This document shows positions 7,094 through 15,396 of a stretch of DNA of 42,572 nt, one piece after another; the stretch's first letter is position 1, and every line of letters begins with the position of its first letter. The position numbers and the translations under genes were made by a program. The DNA comes from a virus. The notes under the pieces are model-generated. The model searched no databases, was not told the DNA's origin, and saw only the letters and a program-made list of their open reading frames with translations. The stretch spans positions 1-42,572 of IMG/VR virus record IMGVR_UViG_3300045988_038154. One strand, 5' to 3'.

Positions 7094-7930
7094 CTATTCA
7101 CGGTTTAAAAAATCATCCAACGTTAGAACCTCATGTAGTTTTTTCTGTGATTTGCAATAATCACAATGCCCACATTTTTTAGGTTCTTCATTTCCGAGCG
7201 ATACTTGGTAGACTCTCGGAGCGTGCTCTGTGATGTAATTTAGCCCCTCTGCAAGCCATTCTTCAGTAAGTTCGATGATCTCCTTATCTGGTTGTTTTTC
7301 TTTCGAGACTGCCACGATAAACGGTTTATACGTTGGATAATCCATTTGTCGTAGGAGCTCTAAATAAGTTCCTAACTGGACATGGTATTGAAACCCTAGA
7401 ATATTATTGACTGCCGTCGGCACTTTGGCACGCAATTCCTCTGACCATTCCTTAGTCCAGATGGATTTCATGGTTTTCAAATCGACTACATAGCCTTTTG
7501 AAAAGTTGATGCTATCCAACTTACCCTTGAATGGCACGCCGGCGATAAAACCAGTAACAATCTTTTCTTTTTCGACCTTGTCACTTTTCTTACCGTGGTA
7601 TAAGTTGTTGAAAAGCGTGTCATCCTTTAGCGTTTCGATAACTTTTTCAGCGAGTTTGAAATCTGCTAGCAATCCATAAGGTTTACGGCTGGAAAACAAC
7701 GCTTTTTTGTTGTCTTCTTTGAATTTCTCGTGTGCTTCCTCACTCTCGAAATAGCTATGGACATAGTTTCCAAACAGTAGAGGTTTTTGATCTCGTTCGT
7801 CATCCCAAATACCATCATCGATAGCTTTAGCTCTAGCTTCACATTTCATGTATTCCTTGAAACGACTTACAGACATATAGGTTTTGTCAGAATAATAATT
7901 ATCATCCGTCAAGATTGTTAGTTCAGTCAT
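7094..7930 (-). CDS. PD-(D/E)XK exonuclease, Cas4/RecB-like, partner of RecT
   Basis: VVDLKT nuclease core, a C-terminal CGHCDYC cysteine cluster plus an N-terminal Cys, and adjacency to RecT. Confidence 0.75.
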   Translation of the reverse strand: MTELTILTDDNYYSDKTYMSVSRFKEYMKCEARAKAIDDGIWDDERDQKPLLFGNYVHSYFESEEAHEKFKEDNKKALFSSRKPYGLLADFKLAEKVIETLKDDTLFNNLYHGKKSDKVEKEKIVTGFIAGVPFKGKLDSINFSKGYVVDLKTMKSIWTKEWSEELRAKVPTAVNNILGFQYHVQLGTYLELLRQMDYPTYKPFIVAVSKEKQPDKEIIELTEEWLAEGLNYITEHAPRVYQVSLGNEEPKKCGHCDYCKSQKKLHEVLTLDDFLNRE

Positions 7931-8756
7931 TTTCTACCTCTTTGATTTTGGTTGAATCACCTTCGAACAAACTGACTTCTTCGATGATTTCACCGGTTTC
8001 AGAATCTACACTTTTTTCTGTTTCAGATTCAACTTCATCGCTCATAAGGTCGCCTAAAAGCGTTTGGGTATCCTCGTTTTTTGGTGTAACATCAATAGGA
8101 TCAGATTTAACTTCCTCAGTTTGATTGTCCGAAATAAGTCCTTCTTGCATTTCTGTCGAAAGCGGGGCGTATTTGCTCAAAATGCTTTTAAGCACGGTTT
8201 TTTGTGCCATTGCATCGAAGTCTGTAGACCAAGGCCCCCTTGCATAAGTTTTTGAAAAGCGTTTCCCGTGTGATTCTGCTTGTTCTTTTGTCCAGAATGT
8301 CAGTTTTTTAAAGCCATTTACAAGCTCGAAAGTGGCAAAATAGCCATACACTTCGTCTTCTGGTTGGGTGAAATCAATGTCCAATGTTTCAAATAATGGG
8401 TCGTACGATTTAAATTGTGCTTTGTAGACCTTGCCAGAATTAATAGCCTTAAACTGACCAGAGCGGATAGCTAGCTGGATAAGCCCTTTGTAGCCTAATT
8501 GAAATTGTGCATCTTGCTTGTAAGGGACGATATAAGCAAAGCCCAAACTTGGCTCGATAGGTAGATTTAGTACCGCTGCTTTCATTGCCGCTGTCATAAT
8601 CGAAGTGTTGCTTGCTCTTGCCAGTAGATTATTGTTGTTGACGATTGACAATAGGCTGGCTGTAAATTGTCGTTCATTCCCATTCAATACTTCTTGGAAT
8701 TTCTGTTTGACTGCTGGTGTGTTGAAAAAATCTTTGTGTGCTAATTGATTTGTCAT
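7923..8756 (-). CDS. recT: RecT-family single-strand annealing recombinase
   Basis: RecT-like core (FAYIVPY...QFQLGYKGLIQLAIRSGQ). The likely start is MTNQLAH after AGGAAG; the track ORF runs to 8798. Confidence 0.85.
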   Translation of the reverse strand: MTNQLAHKDFFNTPAVKQKFQEVLNGNERQFTASLLSIVNNNNLLARASNTSIMTAAMKAAVLNLPIEPSLGFAYIVPYKQDAQFQLGYKGLIQLAIRSGQFKAINSGKVYKAQFKSYDPLFETLDIDFTQPEDEVYGYFATFELVNGFKKLTFWTKEQAESHGKRFSKTYARGPWSTDFDAMAQKTVLKSILSKYAPLSTEMQEGLISDNQTEEVKSDPIDVTPKNEDTQTLLGDLMSDEVESETEKSVDSETGEIIEEVSLFEGDSTKIKEVEND

Positions 8757-8891
8757 GCTTTTGTCTTCCTTTTTGTTTTGAACACCCTTATTTCGCATTT
8801 TAAGGGGGTATAGTGCGATTTTAACGGTGTCATAGTCTATTTATACCACCGAGCAAAACACACGCCTTAAAATCGATTTTAGAGGGGTTTT

Positions 8892-9074
8892 CTAGTGTGT
8901 GCTAAAAATCTGCGTTGATTTCTTAGCGAAATACATATATTCGTTGATTTTGCTGATGAATGAGTATAAATCTAGCTCATCCATCATTTTCTGCTTATGC
9001 TCTTGTGAGAACACAAGGCCATGAATGCGCTCGTAGTCTTCAAAGAGCTTTAGTTTTACTTCAATCTCTGTCAA
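8892..9074 (-). CDS. Hypothetical protein
   Basis: ORF overlapping the upstream gene stop. Confidence 0.5.
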   Translation of the reverse strand: MTEIEVKLKLFEDYERIHGLVFSQEHKQKMMDELDLYSFISKINEYMYFAKKSTQIFSTH

Positions 9075-9862
9075 AGCATCATCCTCTTGTCTTGTTGCGT
9101 TTTAAACTGGTAAACGTGCTCGTTCGTGGTTCCAAGTCCTGTCTTTTTGAATATCCTCGAATACACACGCTTGCCATAAGTGCCCATGATATCCCGTGGG
9201 CTTAGGTTGGTCGTGATAATGGTCTTGGTGCGCTTATTTAAAATGCTATACAAGATGCCATTAGACCACTCTGTCACTTTTTCAGTGCCCAAATCATCGA
9301 GCACTAGCCATTCAGCTTCCGAAATGCGTCTGATATATTCAGCTTCAAGACTGAAATCCTCTTTGATTTTGGCTAATAGGTCAACCACGTTGATGAATAG
9401 CCCCATCTTTTTCGTGTGATCAGACAAAGCTTTAAGTGCTGAATATGCTAGGTGGCTTTTGCCTACTCCAGTATCGCCAATCAAAACAATGTTGTAGTCT
9501 TGACCGTCAAGATAGCCTTTAAGTTGATTTCTGACATTCTTCAAGTCTTCTTTTTGTTCTCTGGTTACTGCCTTGTAATTGTCAAAGCTAGCAGTTTTTA
9601 AATCATCATCCAGTAAGCTGAAATCTTTGAGGAAGTACAGACGTTTCTGCTCTTGCTCACGCTCATACTGCTCTTGTGCCTTGATAGCGTTCTGTTGCTC
9701 TTGTTCTTCCCTGTGGCAAAGCTCACATACTGTATAGGGCTTTGAGTTCGGAAACTGAATCGTGACATAGTACCGTTGGTGCTTCTCGCAGTATTTATCA
9801 CTAACTGTCATATACTGCCTTCGCATTTGCTTAGCTGTGCTTTCTAAACTCATAAGCATCAC
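9071..9862 (-). CDS. DnaC/IstB-like AAA+ helicase loader
   Basis: Walker A GDTGVGKSHLA, Walker B LVLDDLG, and N-terminal CxxH...CxxC. Confidence 0.85.
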   Translation of the reverse strand: MMLMSLESTAKQMRRQYMTVSDKYCEKHQRYYVTIQFPNSKPYTVCELCHREEQEQQNAIKAQEQYEREQEQKRLYFLKDFSLLDDDLKTASFDNYKAVTREQKEDLKNVRNQLKGYLDGQDYNIVLIGDTGVGKSHLAYSALKALSDHTKKMGLFINVVDLLAKIKEDFSLEAEYIRRISEAEWLVLDDLGTEKVTEWSNGILYSILNKRTKTIITTNLSPRDIMGTYGKRVYSRIFKKTGLGTTNEHVYQFKTQQDKRMML

Positions 9863-9864
9863 CT

Positions 9865-10644
9865 CTAGTATTTGCTACAAGCTGGCCCAAATTTAACCGG
9901 TTGTTCATCAAAGTTTTTACGGCTGTCAAACTTACGTTGTTCTTCATCTTGCTGGGCAACGGTATGAATCCCGTTTTGTGCCCATGATTTCAAAATAGAG
10001 TTGATATAGCCAAAACCACGTTTTGAGTTATCAGCAGCTCTATCAATGGCACGTTTGACCAACATGATTTCTAACTTATCGAAATTGATATAGCCTTCTA
10101 GTTTTTCCATTTGGTATCCGTCAATAGGTCCAATTCGTTCTTGATAATATCTGAAAATATTAAAATCTGATTGGTCATCAGCAGCAGAAGAAGAAAATTG
10201 ACTAATTTCTGATGTTTCATCCTCTCTACTGTTAGATTTACTTAAATTAGATTTACTTTCATTATCTTTACTTATATTGGGTAAACCAGTGGTTGCCGTT
10301 TGGTTTACCAGTGGTTTACCAGTGGTTTCATCGGTAGTTTCGTTTAGCAATTCTTTGTAAATGCTAGGTATATATCTGTCTTTTCTGACAGTGTTCTGTT
10401 CGTGGAAATCGACCACAAAATAAACCATTTCATCATTAAGAGGTTTTACGAATTGCTTGATAACTAGAAGTCCTAGGTTATCCTCGTTAGCTCCTATCAT
10501 TCTAAGAATAGGGAATGCTTCCACCACTCCGTCGTCGTCGCAATTTTGGATGAGGTGAAAATAAAGAGCTTGTGCTTCTAGGGGTAAACGTAAGAAACGA
10601 TGCGTTTGGGTAACAGTTTTACTTATCATTCTACGGTTTCCCAT
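9865..10644 (-). CDS. Replisome organizer (phage_rep_org_N + DnaD-like C-terminal domain)
   Basis: N-terminal FLRLPLEAQALYFHL..NCDDDGV; C-terminal YYQERIGPI...GYINSILKSW. Confidence 0.8.
   Translation of the reverse strand: MGNRRMISKTVTQTHRFLRLPLEAQALYFHLIQNCDDDGVVEAFPILRMIGANEDNLGLLVIKQFVKPLNDEMVYFVVDFHEQNTVRKDRYIPSIYKELLNETTDETTGKPLVNQTATTGLPNISKDNESKSNLSKSNSREDETSEISQFSSSAADDQSDFNIFRYYQERIGPIDGYQMEKLEGYINFDKLEIMLVKRAIDRAADNSKRGFGYINSILKSWAQNGIHTVAQQDEEQRKFDSRKNFDEQPVKFGPACSKY
10232..10334. repeat. Iteron-like direct repeats inside the replisome organizer gene (candidate ori)
   Basis: TTAGATTTACTT occurs at 10232 and 10247, with a degenerate copy near 10262. Five 11-bp periodic units start at 10280, with GGTTTACCAGT exact at 10302 and 10313. 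Confidence 0.45.
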
Positions 10645-10716
10645 TTTTACCTCCTGTGTAATAGTATTTCTGATTATCTGCCATATTTAATGCCTACCCT
10701 CCCACCGCTGCATGTT

Positions 10717-11040
10717 CTATTGGTTCGCCAAGGATTCTAGGAATGCTTTGATGCTATCTCTCATGGATTCTTCACGCTCCGTGCGTTCAAAGTCCGAGCC
10801 GTCAAGCTTAGTTACGCTGTATTCAACTTCCACGACAAGCACTTCGCAGCCAAACACTTCAGCAAGCTTGTCAATGCCAGCTTTTTGTTTTTCGTATGGT
10901 TCGATTGGTAGCTGTAGCGCTTTCCAAAGTCGGTGATCAAAAGTCGCTGTAAATGCTATGTTTCCTTTGTCTTTATAGCTCGTAAGAAAGCTATCCTTTT
11001 CAGCGCTGTAGAATACGATGTTTTTATTGTTTTCTTTCAT
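10717..11040 (-). CDS. Hypothetical protein, translationally linked to the adhesin gene
   Basis: Its AAGGAG RBS lies inside the last codons of the adhesin gene, and its ATG is 2 nt after the adhesin stop. Confidence 0.6.
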   Translation of the reverse strand: MKENNKNIVFYSAEKDSFLTSYKDKGNIAFTATFDHRLWKALQLPIEPYEKQKAGIDKLAEVFGCEVLVVEVEYSVTKLDGSDFERTEREESMRDSIKAFLESLANQ

Positions 11041-11042
11041 GA

Positions 11043-12620
11043 TTATTCTCCTTCACCTTCGTTATATTTCTTGAAGCTCAATGTCAAACCTGCGATACCT
11101 GCAGAGATAACCAAGAGACCAAGAGTTGACATGATGCCCTCTTTTTCACCAGTATGTGGTAGAGTACCACCGTAAACCGTCGTATTTGCCACTTCTTTTG
11201 GCTCAGAATCGTTTTTATAAACGACCTCGGTAATTTCTACCTCTTTTGTTTTCGGAGCGTCTACGGGCTTATTAGGTGCCTCTTTAGGCGTGCTAGGTTT
11301 TTCTGGGATCACTGGTTTTTCTGGTTCTGTTGGAATGTGCAATTCTCGCACCTCTGGAATGCCGGGGATGCCGCCTTGGAATTCTGGGATGTCAACTTTT
11401 GGTGCATCGTGTGGAATTTCGAATGTTGGTTCTGGTTTGTTCTCGCCAGACGCATCTCCACGTCCGCCTACAAGCTGAATTTTCATATATGAAACAGCAC
11501 CGTCTGATTCAGCTTTCAGTTCAATCTTGTTAGTAGGATTAGTTGAGTCCTTAACAGCATTTACAAGTTTAGTCTTATAGTTTACATAGATCATGTGATC
11601 CAAGCGATCCATTTTGATAGTGAAGCCATGATCAGATTTACTGATAGACTTAACTAAGTCCATAGCATCACCTTTATCAATCCAAGGATCAACACTTTCA
11701 ATATTCTTTACTTCAAAGAAGTTATCAACAAGTTTTTGGTTCTCAGACATTTCATCAATGATAGTCACATAGTTTAGAACACGTTTTGCATAGTTTACAC
11801 GAGCTGTCCAATTGATTACTGTAGGATCATCTTTGTCTTGCGAACCCCACTTTGCAATCAATTCATCTTTGCCAATTACTTGTTCACTACCAATGTTAGT
11901 TGTTACCAAAGTACCATTAAAATTGGCTGTTACAGGCTTGCCTGAAACTACTTTGTCAGTCCAACTTGCATCAAGTTTGAGACTCATGCTCTTATTTAGA
12001 GGGTGAGTTTTGAAATAGTCGTTGAATACAGTAGTTACTTTGTTAGTGTTGGCATCCGCTGTAGCTTTACCTACTACTGCTTTTTCAGGGTTATGTACAT
12101 CAAACTCGTAAGAAGTTTGGAATTTCACTTCTTGAGGCAAGTCAAAAGTAACCTTGTCACCCTCGTTAATTGCCATGTCGTCTGGGAAGTTGATATCTTT
12201 GTACTCAACTTCAAACGGGCTATATTTGCCAGTACCATTAGGGAAATCCACTTGCACGTCAGGGTTTGTCACTGTGATAGTGTCACCCTCTTTGACAACG
12301 CTAGTAGGTGCTGCCGGTGTTTCCACTACTGGTTGAGTTGCTGGTGCTTCTGCAATCGGTTGAGATTCTACTGGTGCTGGTGCCAACACTTTTGGTGTTT
12401 CTGCCGCTGGTTCGCTAGGTGTAACTGTGACATTTCCAGCGTTGTCAGCTGTATAGACATTAGACACCGCTGGTTGAGCGTCAACTACTGGCTGTGTTGT
12501 TTCGTCCGCTGATACTTGGCCAGCACCGATAAGCAATGCTGTAGCGAGCGCAAGTGTTCCGCAAAGACCATAGGCTTTTGATTTAGTGAAAGATGGTTTT
12601 GCAATTGTTTGTGTTTTCAT
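11043..12620 (-). CDS. LPXTG cell-wall-anchored surface protein, MSCRAMM-like adhesin
   Basis: Signal peptide MKTQTIAKPSFTKSKAYGLCGTLALATALLIGAGQVSADE, a Pro-rich wall-spanning region, then LPHTG + hydrophobic helix + KK. The A-domain motif VTTVFNDYF resembles TYTFTDYV. The start at 12620 follows AAGGAG. Confidence 0.85.
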   Translation of the reverse strand: MKTQTIAKPSFTKSKAYGLCGTLALATALLIGAGQVSADETTQPVVDAQPAVSNVYTADNAGNVTVTPSEPAAETPKVLAPAPVESQPIAEAPATQPVVETPAAPTSVVKEGDTITVTNPDVQVDFPNGTGKYSPFEVEYKDINFPDDMAINEGDKVTFDLPQEVKFQTSYEFDVHNPEKAVVGKATADANTNKVTTVFNDYFKTHPLNKSMSLKLDASWTDKVVSGKPVTANFNGTLVTTNIGSEQVIGKDELIAKWGSQDKDDPTVINWTARVNYAKRVLNYVTIIDEMSENQKLVDNFFEVKNIESVDPWIDKGDAMDLVKSISKSDHGFTIKMDRLDHMIYVNYKTKLVNAVKDSTNPTNKIELKAESDGAVSYMKIQLVGGRGDASGENKPEPTFEIPHDAPKVDIPEFQGGIPGIPEVRELHIPTEPEKPVIPEKPSTPKEAPNKPVDAPKTKEVEITEVVYKNDSEPKEVANTTVYGGTLPHTGEKEGIMSTLGLLVISAGIAGLTLSFKKYNEGEGE

Positions 12621-12649
12621 GGTATAATCTCCTTGGTATAATTTTCTCT

Positions 12650-12676
12650 GCACAGGCCCTTACCTGTGCTTTTTTT
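12650..12676 (+). terminator. Strong plus-strand intrinsic terminator with no plus-strand gene upstream
   Basis: GCACAGG-ccctta-CCTGTGC followed by T7. Confidence 0.6.
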
Positions 12677-12680
12677 AGTG

Positions 12681-12831
12681 CTTCAATCCGCACCCATCGC
12701 CCACCGTGTCATGTCTCAATGTTTTATTAGACTTATGAATGGGAAAATTAGGAAAAAAGTAATTTAGTAAAGATTTTTTTGGGGAAAGGTATAAGTTACA
12801 CTCCACGGTGAGCCGTGGCTACGGATTGAAG
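12681..12831. repeat. 28-bp imperfect inverted repeat (23/28) flanking a 95-bp AT-rich spacer in the adhesin leader
   Basis: The reverse complement of 12681..12708 (cttcaatccgcacccatcgcccaccgtg) matches 12804..12831 (cacggtgagccgtggctacggattgaag) at 7 + 6/11 + 10 positions. Confidence 0.6.
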
Positions 12832-12840
12832 ATGGCAATA

Positions 12841-13002
12841 TTATCGGTTTCCGTATTTTGCTAGTAGCTCACGCTCACGTCTCTGACGTGCTTCATATTT
12901 CTGGTCGTTGATTTCTCGTGGTGTCCACACTGGCTCGAAGAAGCACTCTTGTTGTGGTTGTTTCTTAGACCAAATCCAGTTAAATAGTTTTGATGGTTTC
13001 AT
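12841..13002 (-). CDS. Small ORF (53 aa) not in the supplied track
   Basis: Hand translation gives MKPSKLFNWIWSKKQPQQECFFEPVWTPREINDQKYEARQRRERELLAKYGNR. AAAGGAA lies upstream. Confidence 0.45.
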   Translation of the reverse strand: MKPSKLFNWIWSKKQPQQECFFEPVWTPREINDQKYEARQRRERELLAKYGNR

Positions 13003-13058
13003 TTGTTTGTTTCCTTTCGTGATACAATTGAGTTATCCCAATGAAGGGAGGTGGAATT

Positions 13059-13289
13059 ATGAGCGAACAATTCGATGCATTTAAACAAGCAGCTGACAAG
13101 GCACTAACCGAATTTGCGGGCGGTTCTGATGCTATCGTCAAACTTGTTGATGAATTACTCAAAGCCCAAGCGGTTGATCTTGAAACTTCATTCAAGCTTC
13201 AAGAAGTTGATAAGCTTAATGCAAAGATTTCTAAACTCGAGAGCCGAGTTGCTGAATTGAATGATCAACTTTCTCGACACGATAAGTAG
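13059..13289 (+). CDS. Plus-strand coiled-coil protein (76 aa) embedded in the minus-strand early operon
   Basis: Strong SD GAAGGGAGGTGG 7 nt before the ATG, and an extended -10 TGaTACAAT at 13020..13028. Confidence 0.55.
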   Translation: MSEQFDAFKQAADKALTEFAGGSDAIVKLVDELLKAQAVDLETSFKLQEVDKLNAKISKLESRVAELNDQLSRHDK

Positions 13290-13431
13290 CTTCATTCAAC
13301 CGTTTTAAAGCAGATATGCGCTCTTGCTCAACGCTGGCATAGAATGCTTCTCTAGCTTTAATCCATTCCTCTAGCAAGTCGCTAGGGGTTTTTGTTATTT
13401 GCCGTGAATACGGCCATCTTGTTGGCCTCAT
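13231..13431 (-). CDS. Hypothetical protein (start uncertain), with a convergent 59-bp overlap with the plus-strand ORF
   Basis: The track ORF is 13231..13542; internal Met MRPTRWPYS is taken as the start. The RBS is poor. Confidence 0.35.
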   Translation of the reverse strand: MRPTRWPYSRQITKTPSDLLEEWIKAREAFYASVEQERISALKRLNEATYRVEKVDHSIQQLGSRV

Positions 13432-13628
13432 GTTGCATTGTATTTCCTTTCTTCTATTACCCAACCGCACCAACAAGCTAACGAAGTATTTAAATTTAGG
13501 AGTCATCGTTAATGATATGTTTACGTACTTACCGCAAGCCACTTGGAAGGCTTTTTGTTGATATTGTTTAATAAAGGATAATTATTTTTTCGCTTCGTTA
13601 GCTCACTGCTACGGTTGGGAGATTGATG

Positions 13629-13868
13629 TTATTTGAATCTGTTTCTAGTTTTCCACTCAATGAAGGACTTAAACCCCTCATAGTTGATGAAAACCAGTTT
13701 ATGTGTCGGGTTGAACACGTAGTCTCGAAAGTCTTTGTTGTCCCTCATTTCTCTAATGAGGTTCTTTGCCATCGACTTCCCTAGACCTTCCCACCGCTGC
13801 ATGAGGTGGTCATAGTCTCCCCACTCAGCCGTTTCGTTCACTCCGACTGGTTTGTAGGTGATTTCCAT
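13629..13868 (-). CDS. Small DNA-binding/excisionase-like protein (tentative)
   Basis: Size and position downstream of the antirepressor; similarity to excisionase-like phage proteins is only by eye. Confidence 0.4.
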   Translation of the reverse strand: MEITYKPVGVNETAEWGDYDHLMQRWEGLGKSMAKNLIREMRDNKDFRDYVFNPTHKLVFINYEGFKSFIEWKTRNRFK

Positions 13869-13885
13869 TGGTAGTCCTTTCTGAT

Positions 13886-14611
13886 CTAAATTGTTAAGCG
13901 TTCTTGATTAAGAAACTTGTTGACGAAATACTGTTGGCCCTTACCAGTAACCTTAGTTGTCGTGTTGGTAGTTGTGTGGCCGTCAGCGTGATTAATATTT
14001 GTCTTTTTCAACTCAAACAGTTCTAAATCCATGCTCTTTTGCGTTGGTTGATTCCAAGAATCCCCACGGCGACTGATTAGATAGCCGTTAGAGCGTAGCC
14101 ACTGAAAGAGCTTGTTTTGACCAATATCAATCCCGTTCTGTTTCAAGATTTTAGCCAGCTCACCAATTAGACAAGATGACTTGCTAGCACTTACTGCATC
14201 AGCAAACAGCACCTTAGGACGGTCAGCTTCAATCTGTGCTTCTAGCTTATGGACTTTCTTGTCAGCCATGAGTAACGCTCTAGCCATGATTTTCTCTGGG
14301 CTATTGAAGTCTTTCTCAACTTGGATGAAGTATTCTCTGACCTCGTGTCCTTTATTTGTTTTCGACATCATAGCTAGATGTTCAGCCATGCGGATTGTAA
14401 CGGCGTAATCTTGTAATTTTTTTGTCCCGCCGTATTGATTTTGCTGTGTAGTTGTAACTACGGAGCTAAAATCTTCGTTTTCTTTGAACATTTTGAAGTT
14501 TTGCTCAACCCACTGACTGAAGCGAGTTTTTACCTCTAAACTTCTATGTAACTCACGAGCTGAAACAACAGCGCTATCATCTTTGAAATCTATATGAATC
14601 AACTCATTCAT
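13886..14611 (-). CDS. ant: Antirepressor (Bro-N/ORF6N N-terminal domain + KilAC C-terminal domain)
   Basis: VVSARELHRSLEVKTRFSQWV (ORF6N-like); SSCLIGELAKILKQNGIDIGQNKLFQWLRSNGYL (KilAC-like). Confidence 0.85.
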   Translation of the reverse strand: MNELIHIDFKDDSAVVSARELHRSLEVKTRFSQWVEQNFKMFKENEDFSSVVTTTQQNQYGGTKKLQDYAVTIRMAEHLAMMSKTNKGHEVREYFIQVEKDFNSPEKIMARALLMADKKVHKLEAQIEADRPKVLFADAVSASKSSCLIGELAKILKQNGIDIGQNKLFQWLRSNGYLISRRGDSWNQPTQKSMDLELFELKKTNINHADGHTTTNTTTKVTGKGQQYFVNKFLNQERLTI

Positions 14612-15168
14612 TTAATCACCTCTCCCATTTTTTTATTTTTCATAACATAATATGTAATATCGTCATCCATTTTTGAATCGGCAAGTCTCTTCTCAGTGAC
14701 ACCTATTAAAATTGGATTGATAAATTCTTTTGAATAGGCTAATAATTGAATAGTGGGATTTTTATTATCTGTTTTCAATTCAATAATCACTGGTCTCTTG
14801 CTGCTTTTTTCTTCGGCTAAAATGTCAATTCGGCCACTTTTTATTACAAATTCACTTTTCACAAATTCAAAATTAGGGAACAGCGTTTCGAAGTTTTGAC
14901 AGATATAATTCTGCATATTCTTTTCACGGTCTTCCCTGCTGTTTTCACATTCCAGAGCGTGAATGAACTCTAAATCTAAAAAATCAATGAGATATATTGT
15001 TCCTTGGAACTTATTCAGATATTTATCTTTAATAAAAGTTCTCAGCTTTTTGATTTGCTGTGAGTTGTAATTGCATTTTTGCTTTTCTCTAGCTACCCAC
15101 AAAAACAATTCTTCAAAAGAACTAAACTCATTGTTTTTGTTTAATGTTATATTGATTAAATTGTTCAT
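14608..15168 (-). CDS. PD-(D/E)XK nuclease-like protein (NucS/DUF91/Shedu-type core), AT-rich
   Basis: FPNFEFVKSEFVIKSGRIDILAEEKSSKRPVIIELKTDNKNPTIQLLAY contains D...ExK...QxxxY. It has ATGA overlaps with both neighbours. Confidence 0.55.
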   Translation of the reverse strand: MNNLINITLNKNNEFSSFEELFLWVAREKQKCNYNSQQIKKLRTFIKDKYLNKFQGTIYLIDFLDLEFIHALECENSREDREKNMQNYICQNFETLFPNFEFVKSEFVIKSGRIDILAEEKSSKRPVIIELKTDNKNPTIQLLAYSKEFINPILIGVTEKRLADSKMDDDITYYVMKNKKMGEVIK

Positions 15169-15353
15169 GTATTATCCTTTCTGAATTCGTCTAAACTGAC
15201 ATCTAAAGCGTCAGCAATCTTCACCATTCTACTGAAAGAAAGGTCTCTCTTTCCGATGTTCATCAACGTGTTATAGCTGATACCAGTCTTTTCAGCTAAC
15301 TCTGTGACTGTCATTCCTCTGTCAATAAGTAACTTGCTTAAAGTTTTTTTCAT
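15165..15353 (-). CDS. XRE-family HTH protein (62 aa), a second Cro/C-protein-like regulator
   Basis: MKKTLSKLLIDRGMTVTELAEKTGISYNTLMNIGKRD. The track ORF begins at an upstream GTG (15401) that has no RBS. Confidence 0.7.
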   Translation of the reverse strand: MKKTLSKLLIDRGMTVTELAEKTGISYNTLMNIGKRDLSFSRMVKIADALDVSLDEFRKDNT

Positions 15354-15396
15354 GTTCAATCCCAAAACACAATATATAGTTTTTGATTGTATTGAA

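Noticed and set aside
6575-7182. ORFs 6575-6760 (minus), 6774-7028 (plus) and 6847-7182 (plus) overlapping the SSB gene
   Set aside because: They are out-of-frame or antisense overlaps with a confidently identified ssb gene, and they have no RBS.
10700-10714. 15-nt exact repeat tcccaccgctgcatg, also at 13789-13803
   Set aside because: A 15-mer shared once within 42.5 kb (both strands considered) is close to chance expectation, and there is no extended similarity around it.
11410-11470. RGD tripeptide (GGRGDASGE) in the adhesin as an integrin-binding site
   Set aside because: A tripeptide is expected by chance at appreciable frequency. It is mentioned only in context, not claimed as functional.
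12003-12512. 169-aa Cys/Trp/Phe-rich plus-strand ORF
   Set aside because: It is entirely antisense to the LPXTG adhesin gene, its composition is implausible and it has no RBS. It is a shadow ORF.
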